From Candidatus Methanoperedens sp. (GTDB taxonomy: Archaea; Halobacteriota; Methanosarcinia; Methanosarcinales; Methanoperedenaceae): a stretch of 32,000 nt of DNA. The notes under the pieces were generated by a model. That model had not been told where the DNA came from. It searched no databases and saw only the letters and a program-made list of their open reading frames with translations. Shown here piece after piece: positions 8,725-16,976 of this stretch. The translations under genes were made by a program, and so were the position numbers. The stretch is from assembly GCA_027460535.1 (NCBI GenBank), contig JAPZAR010000015.1:38245-70244 (forward strand), read 5' to 3'. Numbering within the stretch: the first letter of the stretch is position 1; each line of letters begins with the position of its first letter.

Positions 8725-9663
8725 ATGAATAGACCGCTCATCTGTTTATTGTTGCTGCTTGCCGTGGCTTTATCCGGCTGTACAGGTTCAAGTACTACAA
8801 CTGAAAATGGCCCTGCGCAGATGCAAAAGATTGAACACGCTAATGCCAACCTTGATGGAAAGATCGTGGACGTGAAATTTTTTCCCACTGATGCCAGGGC
8901 AGGGGAAGTAGTGACTGCAGAACTCATTGTAGCCAATACCGGTACTGAGGTAATTAAGAATGAAAGTGTGGATATAAAAGTTAAGTTAAAGACTCTCGAT
9001 GATTTCATGGCAAATATGTATTTAAAAACTATGAGTGACGAAAAGAAAACGCGAACTCTGGAGCCACTCGATTTTGATACTGAGATCCAGCCCGAAATGA
9101 ACAAACCTATCAGCGCTGTTTTTCATACAGTCCAAGAAATGCAAGGAAGAAGTCTTGCAGGCACATATGAAATCACTATTAATTTATCTGTAAATAGAGA
9201 AAAGGTGGAATCGAACATCTTCCCCATAACCCTCCACTCCGGTACGATAAGGGAATTTACGCCAATACCCACGCCTTCACCCACTCCAACACCCATCCCG
9301 ACTCATACACCCACCCCAACGCCTACCATCACCGAAACTGAGACACCTACGCCAACACCCACTCCCGAAATAGTCGCAACCCCAACTGGCATGGAGAAAG
9401 AAGTGAGAATTGTCGCCACCGATAAATTCGGCATTAATCAAATACAAATAAATCCAGGCGATGCGATCCTCTTTAACAACAGAGAAGATGATACTTATAC
9501 GCTGGTTGAATCGGATCATAAAATGGCTAATATCACAGTGAGCACCAGGGTAGTTCAAATCTTCAATACAACAGGTGATTACCACTTTGCTCTGATAAGA
9601 CCTCAAATGCACACGAAACCCAGCGAACTCAATGTTACTGTAAGGGTCAATGCAAGCCAGTAG
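8725..9663 (+). CDS. Secreted lipoprotein-like protein: Ig/CARDB-like N-domain, Pro-Thr linker, cupredoxin-like C-domain
   Basis: The signal peptide MNRPLICLLLLLAVALSGC has a lipobox-like LSGC. A 37-aa PT linker is encoded at 9259-9369. The C-terminal beta-rich domain is described in the findings. I preferred the ATG at 8725 over 8683. Confidence 0.7.
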   Translation: MNRPLICLLLLLAVALSGCTGSSTTTENGPAQMQKIEHANANLDGKIVDVKFFPTDARAGEVVTAELIVANTGTEVIKNESVDIKVKLKTLDDFMANMYLKTMSDEKKTRTLEPLDFDTEIQPEMNKPISAVFHTVQEMQGRSLAGTYEITINLSVNREKVESNIFPITLHSGTIREFTPIPTPSPTPTPIPTHTPTPTPTITETETPTPTPTPEIVATPTGMEKEVRIVATDKFGINQIQINPGDAILFNNREDDTYTLVESDHKMANITVSTRVVQIFNTTGDYHFALIRPQMHTKPSELNVTVRVNASQ

Positions 9664-9693
9664 GCCTGCAATTTTTTTAATAACCTTCAATGT

Positions 9694-10356
9694 ATGAATT
9701 CTAGCGTATTCATAGGCGTTGACCTGGGAACCAGCTAAAAGCGCAAAAGTACGGGTCTGGCTTTTCTCATTGAAAAAAATGGGACTCCGATGATTGAAAG
9801 CCAGCCCCTGCATATAATCTCGGAAGATAAATTAATCCGCTGCGCCATCATGCAGATATCTGAAAATTTTGGATCAAGTATTATTGCGATAGATGCACCT
9901 CTTTCAAGACCTGACCATGGAACAATGCGGGAATGTGAAAAGCGACTGCGCACACACGGTATCGCATGCTTCCCTTCGGGCGCAGATTGGGTGAGAAAAT
10001 GGGTAGACAAAGGGATAGCCCTCAAAGAATGGGCTGAAAAGGAACTTGGTGCCAGGGTGATAGAGATATATCCATATGCTGCCAGGCTGGAGCTGGACGT
10101 GGGCGCTGATGTTAAGAAAAAGACGAGGAATGGACGCGCTTTGATCCAGGAAAGGCTGCTCGGGTCGATAGGAGGGCTGAGAGAGATGACCGCTGATATA
10201 CTGCTCTCCGATGATGAACTTGATGCCATACTTTCGGCATATACTGCTTACCTTTATGAGAAAGGCAATGCTTGTGAAATAGATGGTGGCGATGGTGTGA
10301 TATATCTCCCCTTGAAAAAGGGAGACCATAGAATAGATGAATATTCTACAACTTAA
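9694..10356 (+). pseudogene. DUF429-like (RNase H-fold) gene interrupted by an in-frame TAA at 9736-9738
   Basis: The ATG at 9694 gives MNSSVFIGVDLGTS, then TAA, then KRKSTGLAFLIEKNGTPMIESQ... in the same frame as track ORF 9790-10356. The sequence on both sides matches the usual N-terminus of the family (IGIDLAGS-x-KR-x-TG). Confidence 0.55.
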
Positions 10357-10378
10357 GAAAAACTAAGAAGAAGGTGGT

Positions 10379-11518
10379 TTACCTTCTTCTGACAAGCAAA
10401 GCTATCAGCACTGCCCCGACCGTAAAAAGTATTTCGAATGCAGGTGCTTTGGGGGTTGCTGTAGCTGCTACGGTAGTGACTGCGGGCGTTGTGGCCGCAA
10501 CGGATGGTGCGAAAACCAGCATACTCACCCCGGTCTCATAGCTGTGCCTTGTTTGCGCATTGTCAAATATCGCAGTTCCGAATGGATATTGCCTGGTCAA
10601 ATCCGAGAACTGGACATCGTACTGGCTCCCCGTAACAAGCTTTCTGCCATATTCCAGCGTCCACATGCCATTGCTGTAAACTGCATTGCCTTTGATGTCT
10701 GCCCTGTCTCCAGTGGGCGGCATTACAATGATGCCAGCGATTTCATCGTTAGCCTTATAAGTATCCGTAAAGGGCATCTTCTGGTTGTCAAATATCCAAT
10801 ACGGTGGAGCTGGCTGATCTGCGGATGTATAATTTGGAGCATTCTTTGCAGCATTGACATTATCGTAATATGGGCTTCCTCCGGGATCGGGATGCCTTCC
10901 TGCATCTGGTGTTGCAGTACTGTAATGTGTGGAATCGATATACTGGTCATCAAAATAGCCGGTAGGATTGGTTCGCACCATCTTCATATGCCAGATGTCA
11001 CCCATTTCTCCTTGAGACGCTGTGTACATGTTACCATAGGCTTTGACATCGGAATTTTCAGCTGCATGACAGGTGACAAAACATCCGTTGACGTCAAAAC
11101 CAGCTATATTAATGTCCCATATCTGGGAAAGCTTGTCTTCATAATAAGTCTCTTCCCCACCCATTTTTGCACCTGGTGTCATGAGCTGTTTCCAGCTTCC
11201 ATCAGCCTGTTTCTGCCAGGGTAAGCGCCTCAAGCTCTCCGTGGGGTCATTCCACCTGGCCAGAAAATACACCGAATCATCGGTGTAAACGCTTTTCAAT
11301 GTGACCGTATGCGCTCCTGTATTGGCCCCTCCTGCCACATTGACTGTCATCGCAGGTGCCTGATCCCAAAGCGCCTCTGGAGTTCCGTCAATGACCGGGG
11401 CCGTCGACACCTTCATCGAAGTAAGTGTCCCGGCAGCCCCTGATCCTGTGGCGAAAAGCAACCACAATATTAATCCAGCTGCTAATCCCATGTTGATTTT
11501 AACTATCCCTATTTTCAT
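10379..11518 (-). CDS. Extracellular EB_dh/DOMON-type heme-binding domain protein with a C-terminal PGF-CTERM-like anchor
   Basis: It has a signal peptide (MKIGIVKINMGLAAGLILWLLFATGSGAAG) and a domain resembling the ethylbenzene dehydrogenase gamma / cytochrome c-552-like family. It also has the motif CFVTCH, a Thr/Ala/Pro-rich stalk, and then PAFEILFTVGAVLIALLVRRR. I chose the ATG at 11518 because GGGAGG lies 6 nt upstream. Confidence 0.75.
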   Translation of the reverse strand: MKIGIVKINMGLAAGLILWLLFATGSGAAGTLTSMKVSTAPVIDGTPEALWDQAPAMTVNVAGGANTGAHTVTLKSVYTDDSVYFLARWNDPTESLRRLPWQKQADGSWKQLMTPGAKMGGEETYYEDKLSQIWDINIAGFDVNGCFVTCHAAENSDVKAYGNMYTASQGEMGDIWHMKMVRTNPTGYFDDQYIDSTHYSTATPDAGRHPDPGGSPYYDNVNAAKNAPNYTSADQPAPPYWIFDNQKMPFTDTYKANDEIAGIIVMPPTGDRADIKGNAVYSNGMWTLEYGRKLVTGSQYDVQFSDLTRQYPFGTAIFDNAQTRHSYETGVSMLVFAPSVAATTPAVTTVAATATPKAPAFEILFTVGAVLIALLVRRR

Positions 11519-11781
11519 ATAGTTCCTCCCGAATAATTGCACACACTAATAACCCCACTATTAGTGCCGTTATTTGTTGTTTGTCTCTTATAGCTTATAA
11601 AGATTTTTCAAATCCTGCTTTTTGGATAATGCATGCCTGAAAAAGAAATGAAAGAATAAAAATACGGGATTTAAATGCCTGGGCGTCTGTTCAGTTTGTA
11701 TGGATGCCCCGTAGTTTTCCAGCCGTCATATTTTATCCTTTATCGATCAAAATAAATAGGTTACGATTAAAATAGAAAATT

Positions 11782-12339
11782 ATGGATGCCGAAATAGGAA
11801 GCGCAAAAATAATCATGTTACTGGGGGATATCACAGAACAGGGAACAGACGCCATTGTCAATGCCGCGAATCCCGGCCTTATGGGAGGAGGTGGAGTGGA
11901 CGGCGCGATACACAGTAAAGGCGGATATGAAATATTGAAGGAATGCAAGGCCATAAGGAAATTGCTTCCAGAAGGTCTTCCAACGGGAGAAGCGGTGGTA
12001 ACGACCGGAGGCAGGCTCATGGCAAAGAAGGTTATACACACTGTAGGTCCTATCTGGGCCGGTGGTTATAAGAAAGAGCCAGAACTGCTTGCGAAAGCTT
12101 ACCTCAGCAGCCTTACTCTTGCCCTTAAGATGGGATTGAAGACAATATCCTTCCCATCCATAAGCACAGGCGCGTATGGATTTCCAATAGATAAAGCGGG
12201 ACGGATAGCTCTTCTTTCCGTTATCGAATTCCTTGAAAAAAATCCCGGGCTCGAAGAGGTGAGGTTCGTGTTGCACAGCCCCTCTGATCTTCGAATATAT
12301 GAAGAAGCCCTATCTGAGATTCTCAAAGAAAAGGCATAG
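11782..12339 (+). CDS. Macro domain protein (ADP-ribose binding / O-acetyl-ADP-ribose deacetylase family)
   Basis: The motifs GDITEQGTDAIVNAAN, GGGVDGAIH and SFPSISTGAYGFP are diagnostic of macro domains. Confidence 0.9.
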   Translation: MDAEIGSAKIIMLLGDITEQGTDAIVNAANPGLMGGGGVDGAIHSKGGYEILKECKAIRKLLPEGLPTGEAVVTTGGRLMAKKVIHTVGPIWAGGYKKEPELLAKAYLSSLTLALKMGLKTISFPSISTGAYGFPIDKAGRIALLSVIEFLEKNPGLEEVRFVLHSPSDLRIYEEALSEILKEKA

Positions 12340-12423
12340 GAGCTGTCAAAAAGTTTAGTTTTGGGGCTATCATGAAATATTTGAAAATAAAAAACCGCAG
12401 ATAATGGCGCCCAGAGTCACGGG

Positions 12424-12557
12424 CCTCCCGAGTCGCGCCTCGGGAGGGCGCGTCCACGTCAACCGTCACGTCAGTTGACGCCGTGAACACGTATGGCTCA
12501 CGCCATACGTGGAGATACATGTCTATGCGTCACGGCGAGCATAACGCCGATGAACGC
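12424..12557. other. GC-rich cluster of four consecutive stem-loops of unknown function (candidate structured RNA or REP/MITE-like element)
   Basis: The paired arms are 12424-12432/12439-12447 (9 bp), 12457-12463/12474-12480 (7 bp), 12488-12497/12502-12511 (10 bp, 4-nt loop), and 12527-12537/12545-12557 (11 bp, two bulges). Confidence 0.5.
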
Positions 12558-12660
12558 AGATTCAAGATAGCTTATTTGCGATCTATTAATTGTAACAACA
12601 AAGGATTGATGCCCACCTCCGGTGGTAATGTTTATATTTCATCAATAATAACATTAAATC

Positions 12661-13317
12661 ATGGTTGAGCTTGGGAAAATAGACAAACCGGAAGCGATGA
12701 GCTTCAAATCCGGAAGAAAACTTTACGTGGTGCCGACGCTGCCCTTTGAAGAACTAGCCATGCAAGTCAAGCTCGATAACGCAAAAATCGAGCGGTTCTG
12801 GGGGGAAGTCAGGGAAAAAATCGATCATTTCGTATCGACCTATGGAAATATCGGCAGCTTGTATATTGAGGGAATGAACGAGGATGCTGGCTTAGAATTT
12901 TTTGAAAGGTACGGAAAGGACAGCAATCATTACAGATTGATAGAGAACCTGACCGAGCGCGGTGCGAAACTGCAGGGAATCGATAAAGAGGAAAAAATCA
13001 TGTTTTCTAAACTGCTCTTTGATGAATATTCCAAATCCTTCCTGCCCGAGATCAAGGAAGTCCACCAGGGTTTCTATGGCAAGGATATTGATTTTGAGAA
13101 ATGGAGAGATTACCTGGTAAAGAAGATAGAGGAAATCCAGGACGAGATGAGCAAGTTGGTCTCAAAGCTCATTGGAGAAATGCCTGAAAATTCAAACGGG
13201 GTTCTTATCATCACAGATGGGAGGCCCGTGGAGTTCCCGGAAGGTGTGGATGTTTTCCAGATAAGGCCGCCGGCTTTTGATGAGATCGAGAGGACTATCA
13301 GGGGAAAATTGAAGTAA
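12661..13317 (+). CDS. Hypothetical protein of 218 aa with no recognised family
   Basis: It is a long clean ORF with ordinary charged, helical amino-acid composition. I recognised no motif. Confidence 0.6.
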   Translation: MVELGKIDKPEAMSFKSGRKLYVVPTLPFEELAMQVKLDNAKIERFWGEVREKIDHFVSTYGNIGSLYIEGMNEDAGLEFFERYGKDSNHYRLIENLTERGAKLQGIDKEEKIMFSKLLFDEYSKSFLPEIKEVHQGFYGKDIDFEKWRDYLVKKIEEIQDEMSKLVSKLIGEMPENSNGVLIITDGRPVEFPEGVDVFQIRPPAFDEIERTIRGKLK

Positions 13318-13352
13318 TCTTTATCCTTTCCTGCGTTCTAGTGCTCTCCTCT

Positions 13353-13766
13353 ATGAACTGGTTCATTTATGCTGTGGCGTGCCTGTTCCTTTACGGGATC
13401 ATGCAGTTTTTTATTAAATTAGCATCTACGGGCGGCAATCCTGTCGCATCATCCATGATTTTTATTGTAGCCCAGTTCCTGTCGCAGATCCTGCTTGGCG
13501 CATATTTGATGTCGAAAAGCGAAGCAGGCATTGATTATGGCAGCATAAAATTCGGGGTCGCCGGAGGCATCGTGGCAGGCATAGCGACAATATTTTTCTT
13601 CCTTGCCCTCCAGCAGTCCACGCTCTCAAAGGTAGTACCAATCGTGAATATGAACGTGGTGGTAGCAGTTCTGCTGGGTGTGATCTTATTGAAAGATGCC
13701 GTGAATTACCGGATGGCTGCAGGGATCGTTCTTGCCGTAATGAGCATATACCTGCTGACGAACTGA
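13353..13766 (+). CDS. Small EamA/DMT-superfamily membrane protein (half-size transporter)
   Basis: The 137-aa protein has four or five hydrophobic helices and an EamA-like pattern, with a GGN motif after TM1. I preferred the ATG at 13353 over the GTG at 13341. Confidence 0.65.
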   Translation: MNWFIYAVACLFLYGIMQFFIKLASTGGNPVASSMIFIVAQFLSQILLGAYLMSKSEAGIDYGSIKFGVAGGIVAGIATIFFFLALQQSTLSKVVPIVNMNVVVAVLLGVILLKDAVNYRMAAGIVLAVMSIYLLTN

Positions 13767-13855
13767 ACTAATCAACTTTACTTGATTTAAATTCAATTTT
13801 GTTGATTGAACACATTTATCTATAAGTGAATCCTTCCAAAAGCCCGGTAATATTC

Positions 13856-15136
13856 ATGAGTCTCATAGCAGAAGCAAAAAAAGGCAATCTGACACAGGAA
13901 ATGAAACTGGTGGCAAAGGATGAAGCCGTAGAGCCAGAATTCGTACGGCGCGGAATAGAGAGCGGACGCATAGTGATTCCGGTGAGCCCCTATCGCCACA
14001 CAAAGCCGTGCGGCATAGGCAAAGGGCTTCGCACAAAGGTGAACGCATCCATAGGAACTTCATCAGATATCGTGGATATTGAAATGGAGATAGAAAAAGC
14101 AAAGGTCGCAGAAGCAACAGGCGCAGATACGCTCATGGAGCTTTCAACAGGAGGAGATCTTTATGATATCAGGAAAAAGGTTATCGAATCCACCGCCCTC
14201 TCGGTGGGCAGTGTGCCGCTCTACCAGGCTTTCATTGAAGCCATCCGCAAATACGGCGCAGTCGTTGACATGAAAGAAGACGAGCTCTTCAATATTACAG
14301 CCGAGCAGGCAAAACTCGGGACGAATTTCATGGCGATACATACAGGGATAAACCTGTTCACCGTGGAGCGCCTGAAAAAACAGGGACGATTCGGTGGTCT
14401 CTGCTCCCGCGGAGGAGCTTTCATGACCGCCTGGATGCTTCATAACGAGAAAGAGAATCCGCTCTACAGCGAGTTCGATTACCTGCTTGAGATAATGAAA
14501 GAGCATGAGGTCACATTGAGCATGGGAAACGGTATGCGCGCAGGAGCGATACACGATTCCACGGACAGGGCGCAGATACAGGAACTTATTATGAACTCGG
14601 AGTTATCAGACAAAGCCCACGATGCTGGCGTGCAGACCATTGTTGAAGGTCCGGGCCACATCCCGATAGATGAGATCGATGCTAACGTAAAGCTCATGAA
14701 GCGATTGAGCGGGGATAAGCCATTCTACATGCTGGGGCCACTGGTCACGGATATCGCGCCGGGCTATGACCACATCGTTGCTGCCATCGGTGCATCTCTC
14801 TCAAGCGCAGCAGGCGCCGATTTCATCTGCTATGTGACGCCCGCAGAGCACCTCGCGCTCCCCAATATCGATGATGTAAGGCAGGGTGTCATAACCGCAA
14901 GGATAGCCGCACATATAGGCGATATGGTGAAGAATAACGACAGGCAGAGGGACCTTGATATGGGACGCGCCAGGCGGGATCTTAAGTGGGAGAGGATGTA
15001 CGAACTTGCGATCGACCCCGAACATGCGAGATCCGTGAGGAACAGCCGCTCGCCTGAGGATGATGAAGCATGCACAATGTGCGGGAATTACTGTGCGCTC
15101 AAGATTGTGAAGCAGAATTTCAATTTTGAGCGATAG
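13856..15136 (+). CDS. thiC: Phosphomethylpyrimidine synthase ThiC
   Basis: ThiC-like sequence runs the full length and ends in the C-terminal Cys cluster CTMCGNYC. I chose the ATG at 13856 (MSLIAEAKKG) over the GTG at 13826. Confidence 0.95.
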   Translation: MSLIAEAKKGNLTQEMKLVAKDEAVEPEFVRRGIESGRIVIPVSPYRHTKPCGIGKGLRTKVNASIGTSSDIVDIEMEIEKAKVAEATGADTLMELSTGGDLYDIRKKVIESTALSVGSVPLYQAFIEAIRKYGAVVDMKEDELFNITAEQAKLGTNFMAIHTGINLFTVERLKKQGRFGGLCSRGGAFMTAWMLHNEKENPLYSEFDYLLEIMKEHEVTLSMGNGMRAGAIHDSTDRAQIQELIMNSELSDKAHDAGVQTIVEGPGHIPIDEIDANVKLMKRLSGDKPFYMLGPLVTDIAPGYDHIVAAIGASLSSAAGADFICYVTPAEHLALPNIDDVRQGVITARIAAHIGDMVKNNDRQRDLDMGRARRDLKWERMYELAIDPEHARSVRNSRSPEDDEACTMCGNYCALKIVKQNFNFER

Positions 15137-15175
15137 GATATTCTAGGATTTCGAGGATGTGACCCGGAATGCCAC

Positions 15176-15216
15176 GGCACCATACGAACGTATGATGCCT
15201 TTATGATTCGTTTTTT
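15176..15216 (+). terminator. Candidate thiC terminator: hairpin followed by a T6 run
   Basis: GGCACCATACG (15176-15186) pairs with CGTATGATGCC (15189-15199) with one mismatch. TTTTTT follows at 15211-15216, about 40-80 nt after the thiC stop. Confidence 0.35.
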
Positions 15217-15386
15217 GGAATTGTTCCTTATTATCTTAATATGTATTTTTGGCGAAACTCACTTTTCGACGATCTCCATATTCTTTCCGATTGAACCGCG
15301 CCGGCGATCGGGAGATGACCTTCGCATCATTCCCAGAGATGAAGCTGCCTGAATAAGCTAAAAAAAGATAAAAAGGAGGGTCAGCC

Positions 15387-16523
15387 CTACTTTTCTTTAC
15401 TGAAAACCGCAGCCCTTGAAATCGTCTCGCGCGGGAATGATTCCTGCGCACGAGCCATGTGCTCCATTGCCTCTCGCAGAGGTTTCACGACTTCCTTGGG
15501 GATCACTTCCTTGGGTACCACTGGCCCCCTTGCTGGTTTGACTTCGCCCCCTGACAGGAACGGGCTTGTTACGCCTGTGAGTACGGCCATCACGCGCACC
15601 CTTCCCGCGAGTCCCGAATCCACCTTTGCGCCCCAGATAACGCGCTTGGTGTTGGGAACCTTATCCATTATCTGCTCACCAACGACAGCGACCTCTTCGA
15701 GCGTCAGGTCTTCCCCTCCCACAATATGTATGAGGACACCGTATGCAGTTGATATATCAGTAATATCAAGAAGCGGCGTCGATAGGGCCTGTGCCACTGC
15801 CTTCTCCACACGGCTTGCGCCGTCGCCTTCACCGATGCCGATCGATGAGATCCCGCCGCGTTCCATTACCGCGCGCAGGTCGGCGTAATCAAGGTTGATA
15901 AGGCTTGGCTGGGTTATGGTATCTGTAATATTCTTAACAAATGCCCCAACGAGCGCGTTCGCGACAGACAGCGCCTCTTTCAGCGGCAGGTTGCCCGCCA
16001 CTTCCCTGAGTTTTGAGTTATCTATGACCACGATTGAATCGCAGCTTTCTGCAAGCGCTTTTATGGCATCGCGTGCTTTCTCTCTCCTTGACATCTCAAT
16101 TGTGAATGGTATGGTCACGCATGCGATCGTGAGCGCTCCCGCTTCCCTTCCAGCACCCGCAAAAACTGGTATTGAACCTGTGCCCGAGCCTCCTCCAAGT
16201 CCCGCCACGAGGAAAAGAAGATTGATGTCCTTTAATTCTTCCCTGATCTCGGCCAGGTTTTCCTTTGCGGCCTCTGCGCCCCTCTCAGGGAAGCCCCCGC
16301 AGCCATGGCCCTTGCACAGCTTTTCACCGAGCAGCATGATCTTATCTGCCCGTGTCATCGTAAGAAGATGGTTCGCATCCGTATTGGCTCCGATTATCTT
16401 GCCGCCTGCGAGTTTCTTATCCGCTATCCATGTTACGATATTACACCCGGCACCGCCCAGGCCAACTACACAAACCGATGGGCGTGACGTCTTAACTTTT
16501 TCTAATAATTCTTCTCTGGTCAT
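15387..16523 (-). CDS. ftsZ: Cell division protein FtsZ (paralog not assignable)
   Basis: It has GLGGAGCN, NTDANHL, the tubulin signature GGGSGTGS and the T7 loop NLDYADL. I chose the ATG at 16523 because GGAGG lies just upstream. Confidence 0.9.
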   Translation of the reverse strand: MTREELLEKVKTSRPSVCVVGLGGAGCNIVTWIADKKLAGGKIIGANTDANHLLTMTRADKIMLLGEKLCKGHGCGGFPERGAEAAKENLAEIREELKDINLLFLVAGLGGGSGTGSIPVFAGAGREAGALTIACVTIPFTIEMSRREKARDAIKALAESCDSIVVIDNSKLREVAGNLPLKEALSVANALVGAFVKNITDTITQPSLINLDYADLRAVMERGGISSIGIGEGDGASRVEKAVAQALSTPLLDITDISTAYGVLIHIVGGEDLTLEEVAVVGEQIMDKVPNTKRVIWGAKVDSGLAGRVRVMAVLTGVTSPFLSGGEVKPARGPVVPKEVIPKEVVKPLREAMEHMARAQESFPRETISRAAVFSKEK

Positions 16524-16667
16524 AATCCGCCTCCGCTGGTTACTCGTTTTGTTACTATTTAAATGCTTTTTTTTATTATGCATTTAATAAAAATTGTAAA
16601 AATACCAACACCTGTCAAACCAAAAGTATTTTGCCATTCACCGCCAACAAACATAAGGAGGTTAGAT

Positions 16668-16976
16668 ATGAAACCTATTGTTACTGCCGAGCTTGAAATT
16701 GTGGCTCTCGGAACGGGAAGCACCAGCATGAGCGCACATATTTCAGATGCCGTTCGGGCTATCGAAAGATCGGGTGTCAAATACCAGTTGACTCCGATGG
16801 GGACTGTGCTTGAGGCATCGTCGCTGGAGGATATATTCCGTGCAATACGCTCGGCCCATGAAGCGCTGGTCAAAAAAGGTGTGAACAGGGTGGTCACACA
16901 TATCACGATAGACGATAGAAGGGACAGGCCAAAGGGGATGGAAGAAAAAGTGGAAGCCGTCAGGAGCAAGCTCTAA
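16668..16976 (+). CDS. MTH1187/YkoF-family (UPF0045) thiamine-binding protein
   Basis: The 102-aa protein shows the family pattern (SMSAHISDAV..., YQLTPMGTVLE, RVVTHITIDDRRD). AGGAGG lies 7 nt before the ATG at 16668, so the longer track ORF starting at 16563 is unlikely. Confidence 0.8.
   Translation: MKPIVTAELEIVALGTGSTSMSAHISDAVRAIERSGVKYQLTPMGTVLEASSLEDIFRAIRSAHEALVKKGVNRVVTHITIDDRRDRPKGMEEKVEAVRSKL

Noticed and set aside
9736-9738. Pyrrolysine or other recoding at the in-frame stop of the DUF429-like gene.
   Set aside because: The codon is TAA, not TAG. I recognised no PYLIS-like element, and TAA terminates other genes in the window. Recoding is therefore kept only as a remote alternative within the pseudogene finding.
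12323-12668. Track ORFs 12323-12520 (-) and 12483-12668 (+) inside the hairpin block, plus a 24-codon ATG ORF at 12404.
   Set aside because: They overlap each other and have Arg/His-rich compositions driven by the GC-rich palindromes. They have no ribosome-binding site and end just where the next real gene starts, so the region is better explained as non-coding structure.
13767-13855. TPP riboswitch upstream of thiC.
   Set aside because: I looked for the conserved CUGAGA and ACCUGA-type core elements and a matching helix architecture. I found only a short AT-rich spacer with a weak inverted repeat (AATCAAC...GTTGATT), so there is no support for a riboswitch.
15281-15310. A tRNA-like T-loop (minus-strand GGTTCAATC) in the thiC-ftsZ spacer.
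   Set aside because: The flanking bases do not form a T-stem, acceptor stem or anticodon arm, so no cloverleaf can be drawn.
15203-15352. A 49-codon ORF (MIRFLELFLIILICIFG...) in the thiC-ftsZ spacer, and the 71-aa minus ORF 15236-15451.
   Set aside because: The hydrophobic N-terminus of the plus-strand ORF comes from the T-rich terminator region. The minus ORF overlaps the ftsZ 3' end out of frame. Neither has a start context or a recognisable family.
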